From an uncultured Eubacteriales bacterium (lineage in GTDB: Bacteria; Bacillota; Clostridia; TANB77; CAG-508): DNA of 32,000 nt. The DNA lies in the NCBI GenBank assembly GCA_948443845.1, contig CAOJUE010000005.1:1-32000 (forward strand). Direction: 5' to 3'. Positions 26,301-32,000 of the stretch are shown piece by piece. The notes below the pieces were generated by a model that saw nothing but the letters and a program-made list of their open reading frames with translations, did no database searches and was not told where the DNA came from. Within the stretch, counting starts at the first letter, position 1. Every line of letters begins with the position of its first letter. A program made the translations under genes and the position numbers.

Positions 26301-28204
26301 TAACTTTTTATTTCGCTAAAATTATAAAAAGTTAATCTATCATAATTACTTTTACCAATCGCTTTAGTAAATTCAATCGAAATATTTCCATTGACTGCTA
26401 TATTTCGAAATACAACTAAAATTCCCTTTTCTCCATTTTCAAGAAGAATCTCACATGCTGACTGATTTTGCACTGATTCCTGATTTAACGTATGTAAAAC
26501 TTCCCCATAAATGTTCTGAATTTCGATGCTCGCACCACTGTTTAACATATTTTTAATTTCCTGATAATTGAATGTTACTTCATTATAATAAATATCTGGC
26601 ATTGCATCCAATTCGGAATCGTTTTTGCTCACATAAATTTCCTTCGAACTGTCGATTTTCAATTCTTCCAATAAATCGCTTGTCAAAATATTAAGATTGA
26701 CTGTTGTCGTAAATTCCGATTCATACATCGTTTCATCAAAATTATAATTCGCATTCATTTTGGCTTTGTTCAATTTTTCTTCGGTTGAAGCGATGTTGTA
26801 AGTAATCAAATCATTGATTTGTGTTTGAATTGTCTGTGATTCACTAAATTCTTTGGTAGTGATTTTATTTTCATTGGCACTATATTCTTCTACTGTGGTT
26901 TTAAAATTGTTTGGCAAACTCACCATTTCGTCTTCGGTATAATCATTGTATCGATAGACAATGATGTATTCATCTTCACCCATGCTTTCTGCCAATTTTT
27001 CGTTGGATACTTTAATGGTAACTTTTTTGTTTTCCGCATCATATTTCCAATCTGACGTTCCAAATGCTACATTTCCAACATCTTCTCCTCTCGTTGCCAT
27101 CAATCTTCCAGACTGCACATTAACCGTCTCTGGCAATTTTCCATTATATTCTGGAACCTCAATTTCAATTTCCGTTTCTTTCAAAGGAAGATATTTCTCA
27201 TCTTCTGTTTCTCTTTTTACCGTAATTTTATTTTCCACAAGAATACCTGAATGCTCTCCTAATCTAAAAGGTGAAACCTTAGTATATTCTCCTTCAACTT
27301 CAAAATCTTGATGATAACTCCAACCTACTAATATTTTCTGTTCTGTCTCTATTTCCGACTTTTCTAAATTAATATTAATATAACTTCCTTCTAATTTTAA
27401 ATTAATTTCTTGATACAAATCTATTGGATTGAATTCTTCCCTTTTATTATACTCCACCTCAACTTCTATTGTTGTATGAAAAATCACATTTTGAATTTTA
27501 ATTTCATCATCCTTTACAATTTCGATTTCAAAATCCTTGGCAGTCAATTCTTCGTATGTTTCTTTTGTTTCTTCGGCTAATTCTTCAATTACTTGTTCTT
27601 CATCAACCAACTCTTGCTTAAGCCCTTCTTCATCACGCGACTCAGAAGACCTGCTCACAACTTCGTTTTGACTTTCATTACTTGTATTTTCTGGAACTTC
27701 GTTTGAGATTTCATTCTCTATTACATTATTTTCAACAACTTCATTTTCAACAAGATTATTTACAATGCTATTTTCTTCACTTGGCACAATATCTTCTGTA
27801 ATTTCATTTTCAAAATTCGTTTTATCCTCTTCATATTTTCCAACTTCTTCTGGCTCATCAATTGTAACATTTTTAATTTTTGAAAATTTAAAATTAATCT
27901 CACTTGCTTGTAAATTATTAGCAAAAATCGTTCCGTTTTTCAAAAATCCCTGCCCAATCTCATTTGGTGATATTTCAAAAAATAATGTAGCTTTATCCCT
28001 TACGTCAATAATTTTTTCGTTATTTTGCTCATTTCCTTCGTTAAAATATGCCTTAAATTGCATTTTTTCTGTCTTAAAAAAGCCATTCGTAACAACAGAC
28101 AATCCATCTGTCGTCGCAATTGCTTCAAGCGTTTGACCCATGTAGGTAAACAGAATCACAAAAACAATTAACATACTAATTACTTTTTTCGACCTAAGAA
28201 ACAT
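23342..28204 (-). CDS. Giant secreted/surface protein (1620 aa as read; about 1733 aa if the frameshift is repaired)
   Basis: Sec signal MFLRSKKVISMLIVFVILFTYMGQTLEAIA; acidic low-complexity region; repeated DUF11-like units; ISGNVYADISGN...DSYGNYSFQGLKEGEYSV is SdrD-B/Cna-B-like. Confidence 0.85.
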   Translation of the reverse strand: MFLRSKKVISMLIVFVILFTYMGQTLEAIATTDGLSVVTNGFFKTEKMQFKAYFNEGNEQNNEKIIDVRDKATLFFEISPNEIGQGFLKNGTIFANNLQASEINFKFSKIKNVTIDEPEEVGKYEEDKTNFENEITEDIVPSEENSIVNNLVENEVVENNVIENEISNEVPENTSNESQNEVVSRSSESRDEEGLKQELVDEEQVIEELAEETKETYEELTAKDFEIEIVKDDEIKIQNVIFHTTIEVEVEYNKREEFNPIDLYQEINLKLEGSYININLEKSEIETEQKILVGWSYHQDFEVEGEYTKVSPFRLGEHSGILVENKITVKRETEDEKYLPLKETEIEIEVPEYNGKLPETVNVQSGRLMATRGEDVGNVAFGTSDWKYDAENKKVTIKVSNEKLAESMGEDEYIIVYRYNDYTEDEMVSLPNNFKTTVEEYSANENKITTKEFSESQTIQTQINDLITYNIASTEEKLNKAKMNANYNFDETMYESEFTTTVNLNILTSDLLEELKIDSSKEIYVSKNDSELDAMPDIYYNEVTFNYQEIKNMLNSGASIEIQNIYGEVLHTLNQESVQNQSACEILLENGEKGILVVFRNIAVNGNISIEFTKAIGKSNYDRLTFYNFSEIKSYVSSELKYQNYEERYAMEEIVATKKLQDSKTVAEISLTNHNLNTTAKNDNVEVRIALNNDKEDTDFYKNPVFELVFPKHITKVDVEKINLIYGCGLEIANYETFEQDNLVKLKIELTGTQNKFSESAITNGTNIVLNLNVTLEEYTPKKQDQIKLYYYNEAVTNYKAQTKWTVNKSMPNGILKDTNGFDVAIVNYQAPSGLITSNAVINYDGQDSKIGSINQGEKTAEIKTYSNVQIAKMELVASNNTNNACLDVVFLGKIPFEGNTSVISKKDLGTNVTTKLLNGIQADSQNANSVTIYYSTNEKVTKDLNDSANGWTMNVQDFSQIKSYMIIVDGNLSAGSVLKFTYDFEIPEQLSYDKMLYGSFGGFYNNLSENLVSYESTEADKVGLVTEATPDYKITVKPKNDNNNICYGQIVTLEVEVKNHSKGDLKDDKLYVTIPTGTVYTQSSLYVDDLNNKIQEYVDDESVTFKEFTIDNLAVGEKKTFEFQVKVEESQADLTTLDGYAELKGANQTYRLEARKGEIRVKANFALDMSLPTKGDEINYGVSIANHTNETIRNVIMSCDLPSYLNVSDVNTYGKKLNYSSESGQLLIDVGDIDENGVTIFLHSTIQDLPSNYLIANSKFSVWSNDNREKVYDSNELHFETGKADLDIKQTINQTEFNLGDTFEMRILVTNNSKATEPITIYQNVPKYLNINDTRLICNGENKQLYSFNDVEIYKEIKGGESIEVVLTGQVNMTFELEEDYNYVSIFTVKTKGGNEKQSNPINLVVHSLENKQESEKNEKAEYSISGNVYADISGNIRSQVQVQLLKDSTMVQATTTDSYGNYSFQGLKEGEYSVVYHYDEDSYVSSPETSDTVEIEEGMAVTDTLTIENNSLSNVDAGLVEKEKFDLKVDQYLSHASIQIGDEKEVYDFENLSLAKLEINPKDIDEAIVKLTYKIVVTNVGNVSGRATSIVDYIPNGMTFYQSENANWSCGVIERKCV

Positions 28205-28571
28205 ACATTCCCCTCTTTTCCACCTATTTTTCGTTTTATTCTATACTTAAATATAAAGGATTTCTCTTTTTTTGTAAATAGCAAAAATTGCCATTTTAAG
28301 CGATTTTACAGCATTTATTCAAAATTTCTTTTACGGAAATTCGCAATTTAGCACCAATATTAAGTTTATGTTAAATTTGCATTACATTTTGGTTACAATT
28401 CTAGATTTTGCTTTATGCGTAGAGTTTTTATAATTTGAGTGAAAAATTCAGTGAAAATTTTTTAATTTTATATAATAAATCTATTTACAAATCATTAAAA
28501 AAGTTTTATAATAAGTAAGAATTTTTTTGGGGGCTCATAATATTTTAACTATTAAAAAGAAAGGAATTTTT

Positions 28572-29084
28572 ATGCCCCGAATGCCAAGAAGCGATGCAAA
28601 ATGCAAATTTTTTCATGTAATGGTTCAGGGAATTGAAAAAAAATTTATTTTTAATGACCCTATAAGCATGAAAAATTATCTGAATTTAATTACTAAAAAC
28701 TCAATAAAACTTAATGTAGATATTTTAGCTTATTGTATTATGCATAATCATGCACACATATTAATACGCATAAATTGTATTAATGATATGATTAAATTTT
28801 TTAGATGTGTTAATACTTCCTATGCTAAATATTTTAATTCAAAAAATCAAAGAGTAGGTTATGTTTTTAGAAACCGATATAAAAGTGAAGGAATATACAC
28901 AGTTAATCAACTTTTTAATACAATAAACTATATACATAACAACCCTATCAAAGCAAAAATATGTAGTAATGCAACAAATTATGAATATTCTAGTTACAAT
29001 GAATATTTTAAAGAAGCAAAAATTATTAATAAAAAAATATTGAAAAAATATTTTAAATTAAATCATATTTTTAAATTAGAATAA
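28572..29084 (+). CDS. RAYT-type / IS200-like Y1 (HUH) transposase
   Basis: MPRMPRSD...FFHVMVQG...FIF; AYCIMHNHAHILI (HUH); GYVFRNRYKSE; INYIHNNPIKAKI...YEYSSYNEY. ATG at 28572 with AAGGA upstream is preferred over the track start at 28527. Confidence 0.8.
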   Translation: MPRMPRSDAKCKFFHVMVQGIEKKFIFNDPISMKNYLNLITKNSIKLNVDILAYCIMHNHAHILIRINCINDMIKFFRCVNTSYAKYFNSKNQRVGYVFRNRYKSEGIYTVNQLFNTINYIHNNPIKAKICSNATNYEYSSYNEYFKEAKIINKKILKKYFKLNHIFKLE

Positions 29085-29091
29085 ATTAAGA

Positions 29092-29134
29092 AAGAAAATG
29101 TATTATATATTAGTAGAAACATTTTCTTTTTTGA
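29092..29134 (+). terminator. Terminator of the transposase gene
   Basis: AAGAAAATGT pairs with ACATTTTCTT (10 bp), followed by TTTTGATTTTT. Confidence 0.6.
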
Positions 29135-29194
29135 TTTTTCCAAGCCTATTTTGAGGCAATTACTTAGATACAGTTTTTTTAGTTTTTTTACTCA

Positions 29195-29212
29195 AAGAGT
29201 GTCCCCTTCCCC
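29195..29212. repeat. Third copy of the GC-rich motif (AAGAGTGTCCCCTTCCCC)
   Basis: One mismatch to the reverse complement of 14384..14401; lies about 110 nt after the RAYT stop. Confidence 0.6.
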
Positions 29213-29220
29213 ACCCAACA

Positions 29221-29260
29221 AAAAAAATAATTCCCCAATAATTTCGCAATTATCGGGGAA
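29221..29260 (-). terminator. Terminator for the minus-strand small gene
   Basis: TTCCCCAATAATT pairs with AATTATCGGGGAA (one G-U); on the minus strand it is followed by a T8 run. Confidence 0.6.
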
Positions 29261-29304
29261 TATTGGTAAATATTAGTAACATTTTGAAATTTTGTAAAGA
29301 ACCT

Positions 29305-29571
29305 TTAAAAAATTATCAAAATCTCTCGCTCAGGTCGTTCTTCAAAAGCCTTTTCTTCCGTATACTCATACAAAACTTCATCCTCCTTTTGAATTTTAGA
29401 AATAAAATAAAGAAAACGATGAAACTGTATTTTGTATTCGCCACACACGATAAAGGAATCTACTTCTCTATCTGTCGGCTCCCGCTTTTTTATGAGCCCT
29501 ACCTCTGTTAGACTTGCTACTGTTCTTTCATCTAAAAACAGTACTATCTTCCAGTTAATCACATCATCCAA
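29305..29571 (-). CDS. Hypothetical protein (88 aa from a TTG); probably the out-of-frame body of a gene that starts at 29612
   Basis: No RBS before the TTG. AAGGAGGG sits 7 nt before the ATG at 29612, which opens only a 17-codon frame (MTKEVFSRHMFFHIWMM*). Confidence 0.45.
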   Translation of the reverse strand: MDDVINWKIVLFLDERTVASLTEVGLIKKREPTDREVDSFIVCGEYKIQFHRFLYFISKIQKEDEVLYEYTEEKAFEERPEREILIIF

Positions 29572-29754
29572 ATATGAAAGAACATGTGTCTGGAAAATAC
29601 TTCTTTTGTCATAAGTTGACCCTCCTTAATAAAGTTTCTACAATAGATAATTTCTGATATAATAAAAGTTGGATTGTATTTTAAGAAATAATTAATTTTT
29701 CTCTAAAAATCCAAAATTCTCCCAATTTCCCCCACAATTCTTTAAATTTACCAA

Positions 29755-29783
29755 TTGACAAATTCCAACAAACATTGTATGAT
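29755..29783 (+). promoter_or_regulatory. Candidate promoter, TTGACA-17-TATGAT, for the activase gene
   Basis: TTGACA 29755..29760; TATGAT 29778..29783. Confidence 0.5.
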
Positions 29784-29838
29784 AGAATTATGTTAAAATG
29801 TTTGTTTTAACATATTATTAAAAAGAAGGTGTATACAC

Positions 29839-32000
29839 AATGAAAAATCAATTACACGTTGGCCTAGACATAGGCTCTACTACAATAAAAATAATGGTAT
29901 TGGATCATACCTTAAAACCAATATATTCAAATTATACTAGACATTTCTCAGATACCAAAAAAACACTATCTGAGGTGCTGTTAAAATTTATAAAAGATTA
30001 CCCACACTCCGAATTCACCATATCTCTTACTGGTTCAGGCGCTTTGGAGATTTCTCGTTTGCTAAATATTTCTTTTATTCAAGAAGTAATTGCTTGCAAA
30101 AAAGCGGTGGAAAACCTAATTCCACAAACCGATGTTGTAATCGAACTTGGCGGAGAAGATGCGAAAATTATCTATTTTGACAAATTTATTGAACAACGCA
30201 TGAACGGAACCTGTGCTGGTGGAACAGGCGCATTTCTTGACCAAATGGCATCTTTGCTAAACACAGATACAGCAGGCTTAAACGAACTAGCCAAAGGCTA
30301 CAAAACTATTTATCCAATTGCTTCACGCTGTGGCGTTTTTGCAAAAACCGACATTCAACCTTTGATTAACGAAGGTGCTGCCAAAGAAGATATCGCCGTT
30401 TCCATTTTTCAAGCCGTTGTTAATCAAACCATTTCTGGCTTGGCTTGTGGTCGACCAATTCGTGGAAAAATCGCATTTTTAGGTGGACCTTTAAGTTATC
30501 TATCTGAACTTCGCAATCGTTTTATCGAAACACTTGATTTAAAAGATGACGAAATTATTATTCCTGAAAATGCCCATTTATTAGTGGCAACAGGGGCAGC
30601 TTTTTCCTCTGTGGAAACAGAAATGATTTCTACAAAAACTTTAGAAAATCATCTTAAAAAATTCAAAAAATCTAATTATACTGAAAGCAAACCTCTTCCA
30701 GCGCTATTTGCAACCAAGCAAGATTATGAGGATTTTAAAGAAAGGCATAGCAAACATACCGTCAACCAAGCTTCTTTAGAAAATTTCTCCGGAAATTGCT
30801 ATCTTGGAATCGATGCTGGTTCTACGACCACAAAATTAGTATTAATAAATGAAGAAAACGAAATTTTATATTCGCTATACCGCGGAAATAACGGAAATCC
30901 GCTTACTTCTGTGATTGAAATGTTGAAAGAATTATATCAAGTTTTGCCTTCCACTGCAAAATTGCGTTTTAGTGGGGTTACTGGTTATGGCGAAAAATTA
31001 ATTCAAACTGGATTAAACATTGATTTGAATGAAATCGAAACGATTGCGCATTACACGGCGGCAAAAGAATTTGAGCCAGAAGTGTCCAGCATTATTGATA
31101 TTGGCGGACAAGACATGAAATACATAAAAATTAAAGATGATACAATTAACAATATTATGTTAAACGAAGCCTGCTCGTCTGGTTGTGGATCGTTTTTGGA
31201 AACCTTTGCAAAAAGTTTGAGAATTTCGATTGAAGAATTCGTGCAAGAAGCCTTGAATTCAAAGGCTCCAGTAGATTTGGGGTCGCGTTGCACGGTATTT
31301 ATGAATTCCAAAATTAAACAAGCCCAAAAAGAAGGCGCGTCTGTTGGTGATATTTCTGCCGGACTTTCGTATTCGATTATCAAAAACGCGATTCAAAAAG
31401 TGATGAAAGTGCGTGATGTCAAAACACTTGGCGAACATATTGTAGTTCAAGGTGGAACATTTTACAACGATGCTGTCTTACGTAGTTTCGAAAAAATTGT
31501 TGGACATGAAGTCGTAAGACCCAATATTGCAGGATTGATGGGGGCTTACGGTGTTGCTTTGCTTGCAAAAGAGCAATTTATTGCGAATATGGATATGGAA
31601 TATTTTTCTACTGTATTAAAAGCAGAAGAATTAGATAAATTAAATATCAAAATTACACACACTCGTTGCAACGGCTGTGAAAATCACTGTTTGCTAACAA
31701 TTAATATGTTCGACAATGGCAAAAAATTTATTTCAGGAAATCGCTGTGAAAAAGGCAGTGGAGAGACTTCTAAAAATAAAGATTTGCCGAATTTATATCA
31801 ATATAAATTTGAAAGATTATTTGGTTATAAACCATTGGAAGAATCAGAAGCAAAACGTGGAACAATTGGTATTCCTAGAGTTTTGAATATGTATGAAGAT
31901 TATCCATTTTGGTTTACCTTTTTTACGAATTTGGGATTTCGTGTCATTCTTTCTGAGAAAAGTAATCGAAAAACGTATGAAAAAGGAATCGAGTCAATGC
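29839..32000 (+). CDS. BadF/BadG/BcrA/BcrD-type double ATPase (2-hydroxyacyl-CoA dehydratase activase-like large protein), 5' partial
   Basis: My translation: [22 protein letters not shown]...[12 protein letters not shown]...[16 protein letters not shown]...; second ATPase unit [18 protein letters not shown]...[12 protein letters not shown]. Open to the window end, so absent from the ORF track. Confidence 0.88.

Noticed and set aside
25235-28136. Plus-strand ORFs 25235..25432, 26961..27311 and 27765..28136
   Set aside because: They are antisense to the 1620-aa ORF, Ser/Phe-rich, and lack translation signals.
31051-31450. Minus-strand ORFs 31051..31383 and 31259..31450
   Set aside because: They are antisense to the activase ORF, which reads open from 29839 to the window end with clear ATPase motifs.
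1-32000. CRISPR arrays, rRNA genes, riboswitch or T-box leaders
   Set aside because: I found no regularly spaced direct repeats and no rRNA-like conserved blocks. The leaders I inspected contain only simple hairpins.

Overview
AT-rich, Firmicutes/Clostridia-like chromosomal window with four parts. (1) 1..6836 is the lysogeny/integration end of a temperate-phage-like element inserted at the 3' end of tRNA-Arg(CCT). It has a cro-like/cI-like divergent switch with four TAAC-N5-GTTA operators, an ImmA-like gene, three cargo genes (a solitary HsdR_N-type PD-(D/E)XK nuclease, then a 348-aa HTH protein coupled to a Doc/Fic toxin) and a frameshifted tyrosine integrase. (2) 6947..15826 is mostly core: a DUF1858 redox protein, DnaD-domain plus DnaC/DnaI-like loader genes, a 186-aa orphan, gyrA, a GerMN protein and a hemolysin-III family protein. 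It is interrupted by an intact but orphan three-gene T4SS-like membrane module (VirB2-like, VirB6/TrbL-like, PrgI/VirB3-like) that lacks any ATPase, relaxase or coupling protein. (3) 15878..28204 is a two-gene minus-strand operon of giant surface proteins (2373 aa and about 1733 aa, Ig-like/DUF11-like and SdrD-B-like repeats). The first gene has a frameshift that removes its C-terminal membrane anchor. The second gene has a possible N-terminal thioester-like motif pair. (4) 28572..32000 holds a RAYT-type (IS200-like Y1) transposase, a small possibly frameshifted ORF, and the 5' part of a large BadF/BcrA/HgdC-type double-ATPase activase. A GC-rich 18-nt motif (AAGAGTGTCCCCGTCCCC) occurs as an inverted doublet upstream of gyrA and once just downstream of the RAYT gene, which suggests a REP/REPIN-RAYT relationship. 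I see no CRISPR array and no rRNA. All family assignments come from motifs read by eye, not from database searches. The best candidates for something undescribed are the prophage cargo slot (nuclease; HTH+Doc pair), the orphan T4SS-like module, and the giant-protein operon.
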